DNA of 64,000 bases from Octopus sinensis (lineage: Eukaryota). Where the stretch lies: assembly GCF_006345805.1 (NCBI RefSeq), contig NC_043009.1:4650001-4714000 (forward strand), written 5' to 3'. Below are positions 13,728 to 26,403 of this stretch, in pieces; the stretch's first letter is position 1, and each line of letters begins with the position of its first letter. A program made the position numbers and the translations under genes. A model generated the notes under the pieces. That model saw only the letters and a program-made list of their open reading frames with translations. It had not been told where the DNA came from and searched no databases.

Positions 13728-14958
13728 TGTATACACACACACACACACACACTACTCCATTATTGAAAAAACTATGGAGCCAAGCAAGCAACTTCACTAA
13801 GATGAATATTAAAAGCATATATCTTTCAGTGACCTTGGTTTGGTGTACTAAGGTCAGAGGTATAGCATGGCTTTTTATTCCCCGTTTGCTGCCATTGTTA
13901 TAATGTACAGACATGATTGTCCCAATCGGACGTCATCCTGGCGGATCTCACGCTTGATTCTAGCGAAATTACGTTTGAAGTAGTTTCTGTATGAGTTGCA
14001 TCGATTGTATTTGTATGAGACTTATATGAGTATTGTAGAGCAGATCATATATTTTTACAGTAGATTATTGATCTTCATATACATATATATATATATATAT
14101 ATACATACATACATACGTAAGTATTCGTTTTAAATGAAAAGAAAACAGATATACATATAGGAAAGAATAATAATGTTGCTATGAATACACTTGAGTTGTA
14201 TTCGATATTTTATACCATATGACTAGATTTCCTGATGTGATCTTGTTGATTTCTACTTTAAAATACACTACATAGAAAAAACTAAAGATGGTAAAAGAAA
14301 TAAGAAGAAAAATAAGATAGAAAAAAAATTCACCTGAACAGACATATGTGAATGATGAACATAAGGATATTTTCTTTCTGGTGAGATTTAGATGTGGTTT
14401 TATATAATGTCCTACTTGAGTATTCCTTTTAGAAGACATAAGATTAGCGAGAAGAGGCGGCATTTCATTTCTAAAAAAATATGTTCCCAAAATACATTTA
14501 CATTTAAAATGTTAAACTTTTGTCATAATATTTTCTATATTATTTATGTGATCAAGTGTGTATACGCATGTGTGTATCGGGTGAGTGTCGGAGCGGGGGA
14601 AGAATTAATATGGCCGCTGTCGAACAGAATAACAACGTGTTGTTTACTACTCGTTTACGTTGTAAGTTTAAATCCTGCTCTGGTTGTCGTTGCTTTCCGT
14701 CTTTCTGGAGCCGATAACAAAATAAATAAAATAAAATAAAATAAAACAAAATAAATAAAAGTACCAATCGATTACTAGAGTAAATTTAATCGACTGTTTC
14801 CATAGCCTGCATTTGTGAATTAAAATAGATTTCAAATGGGTGGGGGAATGAAAACCGCTCGAGCGCTCGACATACAGGTAACATAACCACATGTATTTCA
14901 ATTCCAGACTTTTATAACTCTTTTGATCTCCGAATAAAACTTGTAAAATCCATGTCGG

Positions 14959-15001
<43 letters not shown>

Positions 15002-15149
15002 GTATATTATATATACATACATATATTATATATATATATATAATATATATATATTATATATACATACATATATATTATATATATATATATATATAATATA
15101 TATATATATATATTATATATATACATATTATATATATATATTATATATA

Positions 15150-15180
<31 letters not shown>

Positions 15181-15363
15181 GTTGGCATCCTTTTTCTCTC
15201 AGGAGACAATGGAGTTGCGCATAAAATAATCTAGTCCGGCTTTTACATTTCATGTCCTAATACATCTCCTGCTATGGCTGAGTACTCCTATCCTGGACAA
15301 ACACTCCCTCTGGCAGGTGCCGTAAATGTAGCGAAGACTTTGCCTGGCTGGTTGTAACGTCAT

Positions 15364-15407
<44 letters not shown>

Positions 15408-15409
<2 letters not shown>

Positions 15410-15790
15410 CGCAGGTGTTACATATTTATAGATGCAGGCGTGGCTTTGTGGTGAGATACTTGCATCTCAATCACATGATTCCAGGGTCGGTCCCCTTGCG
15501 TTGTCACCTTCCCAAATGTCCTCTATTATAAGCCTCATGTCGACCAATGACTTGTGAGTGGATTTTGTAGACGGAAACTTAAATTAACCCGTCGTATACA
15601 TATGTGTATATATATATGTGTTTGTGTGTGTCTGCGTCGTTTGTATCTATCCGCCCTCACCTCTGATTGACAACAGCAGTTGGTGTGCTTACGCCCCCGT
15701 AACTTAGCGGTTCGGCCTAAGAGACCGATCGCATAAGTATGTCCGGCTTTTAACAAAAATTAATTTGGGGTTGATTCATTTGAACAAAAA
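15408..15790 (+). mobile_element. Diverged SINE family A copy
   Basis: Central domain and GTAACTTAGCGGTTCGG segment present. Confidence 0.75.
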
Positions 15791-17084
15791 TCTTTTGAAG
15801 CTGTGCTAAAACAATGCGAAGCGTATTGTGACCAACGATGTGTAGCAATATCTGATAACCTGCTCGGTCACGGTGATCATGGGTATATTTGTTACTACAT
15901 AACCGTTGGAATATGCAGAAATAGCAGCCAAATCTCTCAAATTACATTCTACGCTCTCCTTAGAAAAGAATTAGTGACACTATATTTCGTTATGCAACTA
16001 TAAGTATATGCAACTATAGAGTATATTTAACGTTTTTATAAAGCGATACCGTGTTCTACTGTGTTAGCAATGCACTTTCATCTGGTGTCTCCGCATACGA
16101 AACATGGTAACCAAATCAGTGCTGGCTTTAACACCTGTTAAAATTCTGTAGAGATAACCCTAACCATTCTTTTAGAAAAATGACGGATGTCTTCGTATAT
16201 TTGCATCCAAGAAAATGACAGGAGAGGAGCAGCTGCAACAGATTTGATTAATAGGTGTGTTCAATCAACACTAACTTGAAGTGAAACTACTTGTAGCCGC
16301 GGTTTCATTGGGGAATCTTTCATTGTGTGGTTTAGTTCTTATCAGTGTTGTAAAAGACGTCATCGCTTTTGAAATTAGAACTGATAGTGACGATTAAGTA
16401 TATACGGAAAGAACAAAAGAGAAAAACATTCTAATTTTGTCATTCTTTTTAATTTCTAATGAGCACGTGTAGAAAATAGCTATGATCAGTGGTCAGTCTA
16501 TGCTGTGCACATATTCGCTTGCGCACAAAATAAGAGAAAAATACGTGCACACAAGGTTTCTAAGACAAAATCGAACCTTTTTTTAATCGAACAAATTTCA
16601 ACGATGAATGTGCACACACTTTCCAAAGAAACACAAAATGTTTACACAATGAAAATTTTGTTCATTCTCATAGGAAGGAATTAGATGGAACGTTCATTAA
16701 GAGAGGGCATAAGTATATTAATCGCTATCATCCTGTCCTTTTATTAGTCTCTAAGACAACATTATCTGACGTGTCTATTCTTTATTTAAAATGACAGAGA
16801 GAGATATTTAAGGGAGCCATGGTTGTTTTTCTTTTCTTGTTGGTCGAGTGATCAAGTGTACGCTACATTGCTTGTTTGTAAAGCAGTATAGCAAACTGGT
16901 AAGATTTAAAATGTCAATATTTAATTAACGCGTAATTAATGCGCTTTTAATCCAGATGATATTTAGTTAGTGTCATCTGTGTTTACATAAAGCATTTGCT
17001 ACTCAGCTTCAGGATTTACATGTTTCAAATTTAATTACTTAAAACTAACAACACACTTATGTAACGATACGAAATTAGTATTTA

Positions 17085-17483
17085 CTAGCAGTATCGCCCG
17101 GCGTTGCTCGGGTTTGTAAGGGAAATAACTATATGAGAATTTTTAGAGATGTAAAGTATAATAGCCATCTCAATATGGCTAACCACAAAGGTGTGGTGTT
17201 ACTGTAGCTTTTTACGTTCTGAGATTTAATAATACATTTTTAGAGAGTTACTTCCCTTATATAATAGCAAAAAAAAATGCATTAAAAATGGGAAAAAATG
17301 ATGGTAAATTTTTTTTTCAAATCGTAGACTCATCGTAGACGCGCGCTAATACCCAGAAGGGCTCGATATGAATCACGACTATAAGATACCCGCTTTTGGT
17401 TACACTGCACCGCAAAATGTGGGAGTAGTTAGGAATCTAAATCGTAGGAGACAGACACACAACTTCACTTATATATATATAGA
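17085..17483 (-). mobile_element. Non-autonomous Helitron-like element
   Basis: Minus strand starts A|TC, ends with hairpin CCCGAGCAACGCCGGG then CTAG|T. No TSD. Confidence 0.7.
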
Positions 17484-18631
17484 TTTCCATTACATATTTA
17501 AGGAAAATTGAAATGGTCACGTGATATGTGAAACTATAACAGAGTGAGATGGCTGTTAATTCTTTGGAATTTTTGCGAAAAGCACATCAGTAATGTCTTA
17601 AAGTAATTGCGCATGGAAGCATATAATTATTATTGGTGTCTGGCACAATCGTTAGCACGCCGAGCACAATTCTTACTAGCATTTTGTCCATCTTTAGGTT
17701 CTGAGTTCACATTCCGCCGAGGTCGACTTTGCCTTTTATACTTTCGGGGTCGATAAAATAAATACTACTTGAGCACTAGGTTCGATGTAATCGATTCATC
17801 CCATCTTCCTGTCTTACTAGCCTTGAGCCAAAATTTAAGCTCAATTTTTGCTAATAACATTATTTTAATATTTGAACTGTTGGAAATATCAATGCGTCAG
17901 GCAAAATGCTGTGTAGTATTTGTTCCAGCTCTATACGTTCTGAGTTCAAATTCTGCTGAGATCGAATTCACCTTTCATTTCTCTTGGGTTGATAACATTA
18001 AAATACCAGCCAAGTACTGATACAATGGTATCGACTAACCCTCCTCAATCTGAAATTCTGCCAATATTAAAAAGTTAATGTTACCTGTTTTATTGTTAAA
18101 TTGGCAGAATCGTTAGAGCGTCGGACAAAATGATTAGCGATGTTTCTTCTGAATCATTACATTCTGAGTTCAAATCTAGCAGAGGTCAATTTTACTTTTA
18201 ACCATTCCGATGGCAGGAGAATAAGCTACCAATCGAGTATCGACGTCAAAGATATAGACTAATTCCTCGTCTCAAAATTACGGGCGCTCTGCTTGAATCA
18301 GAAACGATTATCGTTGTTATTAGAGCGGTGAGCTGGCAGAATCGTTAGCACACCGGGCAAAATATTTTACGTACCGAGTAATCGACTTACCCCTCCCCCT
18401 TTTTTGACACCTTGTGCCAAACTTTTAAACATCATCATTATTATTATTGATGTTTGTCGATTTCATACATAATTATGTTACCTTGTGCGTGTGTATGTAT
18501 AAAGTCCTTAATAATAGTGTCAAATAGCTTATGTTTAGTGATAAATATGGCTGTTATACATTACATTTTATACGATTTTTATAGAAATCTGCTCAAATTA
18601 TCATTTTACTTTTTATCTTTTGTTTTAACAG

Positions 18632-18781
18632 CTGCCGAATCAAAACCATCACCTTGTCCACTGCCTGGAACTTACGCTTATAAAGATTTCACATCTCACT
18701 GTGTCGGAAGTCTCATAATTGGATGTCATAACGAAAACGAAATAGAAATCCAGGCTTCTTGCCCCTCAATGCATAAAGCAG
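18632..18781 (+). CDS. Internal coding exon: (P)AESKPSPCPLPGTYAYKDFTSHCVGSLIIGCHNENEIEIQASCPSMHKA
   Basis: Acceptor TTTTATCTTTTGTTTTAACAG, donor CAG|GTAAGT, 150 nt, phase 1-1. Open and Cys-spaced (CPxPGxY...C...GC...C), unlike the surrounding low-complexity ORFs. Confidence 0.88.
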
Positions 18782-19975
18782 GTAAGTTACGAAAGAGACG
18801 AAAATGGAGGAAATATATGTGTGTGCGCGCGTGTGTATTGTTTGACAGAATATCTGATGTGTAACAGATATTGCAAACTACTTCAAAAATTGGAGCTTTA
18901 TAAGTAGGAACAACCTAACGTATTTTGGATTGTTAATGTATTTACTGACTCTGTTCTGTACTATAAGCGTGGTCATTGAGCTTCCAGATAAATTGTGACA
19001 TGAATGTTGAAATTTTATTGTCAGTTGGCATATATGATTACAGTTGTAGCAGGAAATGACCCTCGAAGGTGATATTTAGTGGATCTATCAAAACTATTCA
19101 ATGTTATGGGCCTGGTAATTCAGTTTCTTGAAGAATTGTGACGTGAATGTTGAAATTTTACTAACAGAAGATGACCCTTGAAGGTGATGATGTGTAGCCT
19201 CGTGTAATTAATTTCAGTTCCTTCCAGGACCATTATGCTTGTTCGGCATACGATATGCTTAGAGAGACAGGTTCCTTAGAGAAAAAGTGGATGGATTTTG
19301 ATAGTTACAAGTTGACTGTTGGGGTGGGGCAATATACAAAGGGGAATGTGCAAACAAACACACACACATGCACATAGTTATATAAGCTAAAAGTGATATA
19401 AGTCTTGATGCTAAAATGTATATTATACACTCTATAAAGCTGAAGCGTTTGTTAAGTCAAATATATGTGTTTAACGTGTGACTTTTTGTATGAGTGAGCA
19501 AAATCACGTGGAATTGTTTTGGCTATGTCACAAAAGTTAATATATTCCTCTGCACGTTTCCTTACATTTTCTTAGGAAAAACAAAACGAAAAAAGCAAAA
19601 TGAAAATATTTAAATTTATTTCGTTATTTTTCGCAGTAAATATCGTTGGATAATCTGAAGTCGATTCTCAATCGATTTAGATATATATTTATTCTCATAT
19701 CGCTTTTTCAGTATTTTTTTAATATGTACATATATTTATTTTTATTTCTCCTTTTGATAACTTAGATACATTTCTTTTCAATGCTGTCCCTTCCAGCGTT
19801 TCTATACATTTTTTTTTATTTGAGATTTTTTATACATCAATTCAGCACATGTTAGCTTGCTCTTTCCTTACACTTACATATATATGCATTGGTATCATAC
19901 ACACATGTAATATCACTATGTAAAATCGACTCATATGCGGATAATATTTTATATACTCACTTCTTGTGTGTGAGA

Positions 19976-20012
<37 letters not shown>

Positions 20013-20598
20013 TATATATATATGCATGCATACATTCATTTATATATATATATATATATATAGTTATGTGTGCATACATTTATCAAATAGCATAGAATGC
20101 TATTCCATAATCAGCTGTCAGTGAAGATCAGGATGATAATTATATGCTCTCATATAGAAGCATACATACATAAATGTTCAAACAAATACACTTTTATTCT
20201 CTCCATCATACACGCATGTGGAATACGCAGGTACAAAATCACATGTGCGCAATCATAGATGTATGCAAGCACATACATATATTACACTGTCATAAACACA
20301 TACAATTTGTGAACGTGAGAAAGTCTATGAATGTTGAAGATGTCAATGAAAGTACTTCAAATTTCGTATCTAAGATATAGGGAATCAGAGAATGTATCTA
20401 TAGAAATTTCACTTAGAAATTTCATAAGACAAGAAACATATACACAAACACACATATATACATACACACACACATGTTCACATATCTTTATGTCGACAGA
20501 TATATTTTCACACACATGTTCATACAGACATACGCATGAACACACACATACCTATGTATATGTAGCACAAAACACATATCACTGTTCGTTAATATTAG

Positions 20599-20628
20599 TG
20601 GATCTCCATTTAGAAACAAAATTGCCAG
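20599..20628 (+). CDS. Candidate 30-nt in-frame exon (VDLHLETKLP); an alternative acceptor at 20565 would give 63 nt
   Basis: Consensus donor CAG|GTGAGT at 20629. Both acceptor options give phase 1-1, multiples of 3 and no stop. Acceptors are weak. Confidence 0.45.
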
Positions 20629-20882
20629 GTGAGTAATGAACCACACAGCCATCGTCTTATATGTGGTGAATGCACAAATGCAGCAGGCACACATGCCTCT
20701 GGGCAGTAGCAGAGTTCAGCATTAACACAGGTTACTAATGAAACGTCTGCTTTCATAGAGGTGGGAGAAATTACATTTGACATTCTATCTTTAAAGGAGA
20801 TAGTTATCTTTGCTGTATTCAGAGAAATCAGTGATGTACCCATGACCAATGGTACACACACATGCGCGAGTGTGTGTGTGAA

Positions 20883-20915
<33 letters not shown>

Positions 20916-21391
20916 ATACTTATTTTCTATTGTCTTTTCATTTTAAACATCATTATTTCTCATATAATTTCATTATATTAATAATTCCTGGAATTATCTT
21001 TAAAGTTGCATAGATGGATCGTATTTACAAATTAAAGGTAATACAGCACTATTTTCTTTAATTCATCATTATTCTATGTCTGCTCACAAACAATTGATAT
21101 TTTGTGCAACATGCTATGCATACACAATATTACAGCAAGTTCTGCTCACGATTGTCATATCTAAGCCATTGCTAACTAATCCTAGAATTATCTCAAACAG
21201 TATGCCAGCATAGAGCATTGAATTACGGTTAGAGACAATAGCTTTCCTCATTGACATCATGAGAAACACAGGATGAATCCTCAAGTAATTAGAACAGATT
21301 TAGCTATTTATGAAACTTGCTTACTTTATATGAAAGTCCCATACATTTGGGTTGAGGAAACTGACTTAACACGGTTCCTCTGTTGGTCTCA

Positions 21392-21589
21392 TACTCTTTT
21401 ATTTGCTTCAGGCATTTGACTGTGGCCATGCTAGAGCACCGCCTTTAGTCGAGCAAATCGACCCCAGGACTTATTCTTTGTAAGCCTTGTACTTATTCTA
21501 TCGGTCTCTTTTGCCAAACCGGTAATGTACGGGGACGTAAACACACCAGCATCGTTGTCAAGCGATGTTGGGGGACCAACACAGTCACA

Positions 21590-21637
<48 letters not shown>

Positions 21638-21789
21638 CACTTATATACGACGGGCTTCTTTCAATTTCCGTCACTCACAAGGCTTTGGTCGGCCCGAGGC
21701 TATAGTAGAAGACACTTGCCCAAGGTGCCATGGATTGGAACCATGTGGCTGGTAAGCAAGCTACTTACCACACAGCCACTGCTATGCCT
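21392..21789 (-). mobile_element. SINE family A copy with small internal deletions
   Basis: Reverse-complement match to the 22333 element. Confidence 0.85.
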
Positions 21790-22119
21790 CGTGCCAAAAT
21801 CACAAAGAAAATTTTAATTATTTCAGTAATATGGGGAATAATTCTGCCGAGGTTTTGGTTTTATGATGATATGATAAGGCAAAGTATAGACTTCACAACA
21901 TTAGAAGTAGACAAAGAATAATTAGGAAGTAAATATCTAAGATTATACATATTTTGGCAGAGAATAATAAAAGGTATTTAGGCATATATTAAAAAATATA
22001 CGTGTTATATAACTATGGAACTCCTCAACACTAAAATAGATAAAGACAAACAAATTACATCTTGAGTTACATGAGATAAATATGTTACACATTTCCTAAT
22101 AATACTCTCAATTATATAT

Positions 22120-22297
22120 ATATATAACAAACAGATTTTTGTTTGATGTTTACGCTCGGGAAGTGAGAAAGTCTTTTACGTTTCGAGCCTACGCTCTTCG
22201 ACAGAGAGGAACACAGAAATAAACAGGGAGAGAAAGTAGAAAAAGGTTTAGTGGCTAGCAATCTATCATGGCATATGCCTGACAGAGGGGTCACACA

Positions 22298-22300
<3 letters not shown>
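22120..22300 (-). mobile_element. Short repeat-like segment carrying the variant hammerhead, between (TA)n tracts
   Basis: Same ACGTTTCGAGC...GCTCTTCG.CAG motif layout as the 53158 element. Confidence 0.45.
22173..22208 (-). ncRNA. Variant minimal hammerhead-like motif (core CUGUCGA, GUA triplet)
   Basis: Minus strand reads CUCU-CUGUCGA-A-GAGC(GUAG)GCUC-GAAACGUA-AAAG. One core substitution (A6U) and one stem I mismatch. Confidence 0.45.
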
Positions 22301-22332
<32 letters not shown>

Positions 22333-22334
<2 letters not shown>

Positions 22335-23161
22335 CGCAGGAGTGGCTGTGTGGTAAGTAGCTTGCTAACCAACCACATGGTTCTGGGTTCAGTCCCACTG
22401 CGCGGCATCTTGGGCAAGTGTCTTCTGCTATAGCCCCGGGCCGACCAATGCCTTGTGAGTGGATTTGGTAGACGGAAACTGAAAGAAGCCTGTCATGTAT
22501 ATGTATATATATATATGTATGTGTCTGTGTTTGTCCCCCTAGCATTGCTTGACAACCGATGCTGGTGTGTTTATGTCCCCGTCACTTAGCGGGTCGGCAA
22601 AAGAGACCGATAGAATAAGTACTGGGCTTACAATGAATAAGTCCCGGGGTCGAGTTGCTCGATTAAAGGCGGTGCTCCAGCATGGCCGCAGTCAAATGAC
22701 TGAAACAAGTAAAAGAGTAAAGAGTAAAGAGAATATATATATATAATATATATATATATATAGGCGCAGGAGTGGCTGTGTGGTAAGTAGCTTGCTAACC
22801 AACCACATGGTTCCAGGTTCAGTCCCACTGCGCGGCATCTTGGGCAAGTGTCTTCTGCTATAGCCCCGGGCCGACCAATGCCTTGTGAGTGGATTTGGTA
22901 GACGGAAACTGAAAGAAGCCTGTCATGTATATGTATATATATATATGTATGTGTCTGTGTTTGTCCCCCTAGCATTGCTTGACAACCGATGCTGGTGTGT
23001 TTATGTCCCCGTTACTTAGCGGTTCGGCAAAAGAGACCGATAGAATAAGTACTGGGCTTACAATGAATAAGTCCCGGGGTCGAGTTGCTCGATTAAAGGC
23101 GGTGCTCCAGCATGGCCGCAGTCAAATGACTGAAACAAGTAAAAGAGTAAAGAGTAAAGAG
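22333..23161 (+). mobile_element. Two tandem full-length copies (22333-22731, 22763-23161) of tRNA-derived SINE family A
   Basis: A/B boxes TGGCTGTGTGG and GGTTCAGTCCC, central GCCTTGTGAGTGGATTTGGTAGACGGAAACTGAAAGAAGCC, internal microsatellite, (GAGTAAA)n tail. The copies differ at 4 of 399 nt. Confidence 0.9.
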
Positions 23162-23981
23162 AATATATATATATATATATATAAATGTATATATATATAC
23201 ATAGTTAATCCAAACAAGAAAACACAGAAAACCACAACAACTCGAGGACGTGGAACAAATATAGTATTATTGGGCGCTCAGGAAAGAAGGGAAGAAGGAC
23301 ATATATATATTTTTGTATTCCATATTATCAATTCCATATTAGACATTTTAGCAAATTCTGGTCAACAAATACATAAAAATATAATTTTCTTGCACACATG
23401 CATATCAATTATCTCTTTATTTAAAAGCATAATAAGTACATATATTCACAAACGATACTTTGCTGTTCAATACTGTTATATCATATAGGAATTACAGGGA
23501 CTATGCATGTGTGTGTGTGTACATATATATACCAGGTGGTGCTATTAAGTTAGACATGGCCTGGGCCAATAATGGCCGAAACCTATCAAAGTATCAAAGT
23601 ATATATATATACACATGCACACATACATATATACATACACATACACTGTCCATAGATTTTATATAGGTATGTATGCTTATATGTGTGTGTGTGTGTGTGT
23701 GTGTGAGACGGTGTGGTGTATATGTGGTGTTGTTTGTATTGTGGCTTACCACTGTTGTAACTATTGATTGTGTATCTGGTTCTGCAAATGATGGTAGCTA
23801 TGAATATGAAGTTGATGGATATGGACAGACAGCGTGAATAAGATTAATCAAAATAAGAATGTTGAAATGAAATAACATGGAGCATAACAATATTATTATG
23901 ATGAAAGAATGATGAATTATTGTAAAGCTGATTGACAAATATTGAAATTATGATTTTATTACTAATTGATTGCTAAATCTC

Positions 23982-24196
23982 AATCGAAGGAGAGGGGCTT
24001 TCTCCGTCCGGGTTGCGTATCCGTGGAATAAGCTTCCGGACGAGATAGTGAAGATGCCGATGACCGCTCGGTTTAAAGTCTCTCTTGACCAGAAATGGCC
24101 TGAATTCTTTGTATGACCACCCTCCCTGTACATAACTCCCTGTCTCCCTACATGTCCTTGCTTTTGGTTTTTGAGCCAATAAAAATTGAATTGAAT
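23982..24196 (+). mobile_element. 5'-truncated CR1/L2-type LINE 3' end
   Basis: RRRGAFSVRVAYPWNKLPDEIVKMPMTARFKVSLDQKW* fits the F-S-x-R-V...WNxLP...FK-x-x-LD C-terminal motif, followed by AATAAA and an ATTGA repeat tail. Confidence 0.8.
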
Positions 24197-24236
24197 TTTT
24201 GAAATAGTCTTATGTCAATCTTCTATCTTCTTTCAG

Positions 24237-24337
24237 TTGAAATTGTGCAGTGCCTCTTCTCATGGGGCAATGAGCATATTTTGCATTTGATCACCCAGAA
24301 GCCCACAACTGGTACACGAACAACGGGCTACTGTTTG
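24237..24337 (+). CDS. Internal coding exon: (V)EIVQCLFSWGNEHILHLITQKPTTGTRTTGYCL
   Basis: Acceptor TCTTCTATCTTCTTTCAG, donor TTG|GTAAGT, 101 nt, phase 1-0, compatible with both neighbours. Confidence 0.88.
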
Positions 24338-25115
24338 GTAAGTAGATTTCAGAAACTGATTACTCGGTCTTGTTTTTTGATTTTTTTTTGTTTCTTTGGA
24401 TTACTGAGAGTTAAGAAATTCATTCAGAAGCATACAGTCTTTGTCTCCAGTACTACTGTTCAGTAATTTGAGCGAGTCTCTTCCACTATAGCCCCAGGTC
24501 AACTAAGGTTTTGTGAGTGAATTTGGTTCGTGGAAATTGCATGGACGCTCATCATTGTGTGGGCGGAAATGTGTGTTTTTGTATCATGCTAGTGTCATGT
24601 TAAAAGTACTAGTGCCAAATAGATAGCACCCAGGTTTCATTATGGAGTCATGGATGTTAGGAAAGGTATCCAGCCATGGAAACTATGCCAGAACAGACAA
24701 TACTTCCTGGTGCGGCTTCCGACCTTACTAGGTCTGGCCAACCCATGACAGCATGGAAAATGGTCTTTAAATGGTGATAATGATGGTGATATAAATATGA
24801 TGATGATAATAATACTTATGATAATAATGGTGATGATATAATTATAAACAAGGGGAAACTAACAGATATGCTAATACATGGTTGTAGAGGGGACTTGTAA
24901 CAACACAGTTGTGCTTCGATTGTAGATGAACCTGTTAATCAAATGAACATACAAATGATCTTCAGGTACTTTGGCCTAATAGCTTCATTGCTTTATACAA
25001 ACCATTTTATGTGATATTTGGCAAAATATTAAGATTTACATGTTAAATATCTGAGCAATTTCAATAGATATTTGTAACTTGTTTGCAACAAAGGGCCAAT
25101 TTATATTTGACCATA

Positions 25116-25270
25116 ATTTACATTATTTACATTATTTACATTCAATGTCCTCATCTTGTTTGTTGTTATCACAACGTTTCGGCTGATATACCTTCCAGCC
25201 TTCTTCAGGTGTCTTGGGGAAATTTGAACCTGGGTTCTCATTCCTAATGTATTTTTCGATGTTAATATTA

Positions 25271-25338
<68 letters not shown>

Positions 25339-25519
25339 GTTAGTGTTCAGGTCACTGCTTGGAATTGAACTTGGAATCTTGGGGTTAGTAGCTCGCGCTC
25401 TTAACCACTACGTGATATGCCCACAGGCTGGAGAGTATACAGCCGAAATGTTGTGTTAACAACAAACAAGATGACGGCAAAAATCTGTTGAATGTAAATA
25501 ATATAAATAATGTAAATAA
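25116..25519 (-). mobile_element. tRNA-headed short element with hammerhead 3' end, (AATGTAAAT)n tail and an inverted partial copy of its 3' end at the 5' side
   Basis: Minus strand: A box TAGTGGTTAAG and B box GTTCAATTCC (25350-25422), (AAT)n, body, hammerhead 25170-25211, tail. 25425-25519 is an inverted copy of 25116-25201. Confidence 0.7.
25170..25211 (-). ncRNA. Minimal type I hammerhead motif (GUU triplet)
   Basis: Minus strand reads CAC-CUGAAGA-A-GGCUG(10 nt)CAGCC-GAAACGUU-GUG. Stem I CAC/GUG, stem III reduced to palindrome ACGU. Confidence 0.6.
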
Positions 25520-25631
25520 TTCCTCATCTCTTAAATATAGAACTGTATTATATTGGGCCATATCATATTAAACTTCAAATATGTGTAAATGATGAATTCA
25601 AACACCTAATTCTTCATTATTTCTTTCACAG

Positions 25632-25743
25632 ACATTTGCAGATAGTCTTGATGCCATGGATCTATATTCTGACCCGACTTGTAGTTCGGACAATTTAATG
25701 ATAATGAACAAAACACTACGTATACATCTTACAAAACCTGAAG
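25632..25743 (+). CDS. Internal coding exon: TFADSLDAMDLYSDPTCSSDNLMIMNKTLRIHLTKPE
   Basis: Acceptor TTCATTATTTCTTTCACAG, donor AAG|GTGAGT, 112 nt, phase 0-1. Confidence 0.88.
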
Positions 25744-25972
25744 GTGAGTTGACATAAAACAGCTTCAAATGTAAATTTGTGAAATCATCAATTTTGTTAA
25801 TAAGAATAATAATAATACTACCATTAATAACACTAATAATAAATGTAATGAAACTATGTCTGAAATGAATGCATTTTACCTATTAGTTCTAAAATCAAAT
25901 ACACATATTGACAAAATCACATATTCACACGTACCAAGGCGTACCAAGACAGCACCCACCACCATATATATT

Positions 25973-26403
25973 GGATCTTTTCGGTTTGAACGGAAGTTTT
26001 TTTTTCTAGCGGTGTCATATGAAATTGTCACCCATAATTATGACCCTTGTATCGATCTATTGCATTTCTATCTGTTTTGGGGTTAGGGTTAGTTAGGGTT
26101 AAGGGTGGGGGGAAGGGTATTTGTTTTTTCTTCACAAATGTAAATAAACCCAATCTTTTTCTTTAACGCGGGGCATATTCATACGGCACAGAATGTTTTT
26201 TTTACCTCAATAGACGTCATTCATTGGTTGAAATTGCAGAAATTGAAGAAAAAACAACAAATATCTTACAAACTATAGAATTTTCTCAATAAAGCCTAGA
26301 GAAAAATATGTTTTATAAACACATTCTACCAGTATACGAAGTTTAAAAGTGTTTAGTTACCTAGAAATGATGTTAAAAACTGCCGTTCAAACCGAAAAGA
26401 TCT
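25973..26403. mobile_element. MITE with GGATCTTTT(T)CGGTTTGAACGG TIRs and 8-bp TSD (Merlin-like), internal TTAGGG repeats
   Basis: TIRs visible at both ends. TSD TATATATT/TATATATC. Confidence 0.8.

Noticed and set aside
26087-26117. TTAGGG repeats as a telomere or fusion scar
   Set aside because: Internal to a MITE and present in its second copy.
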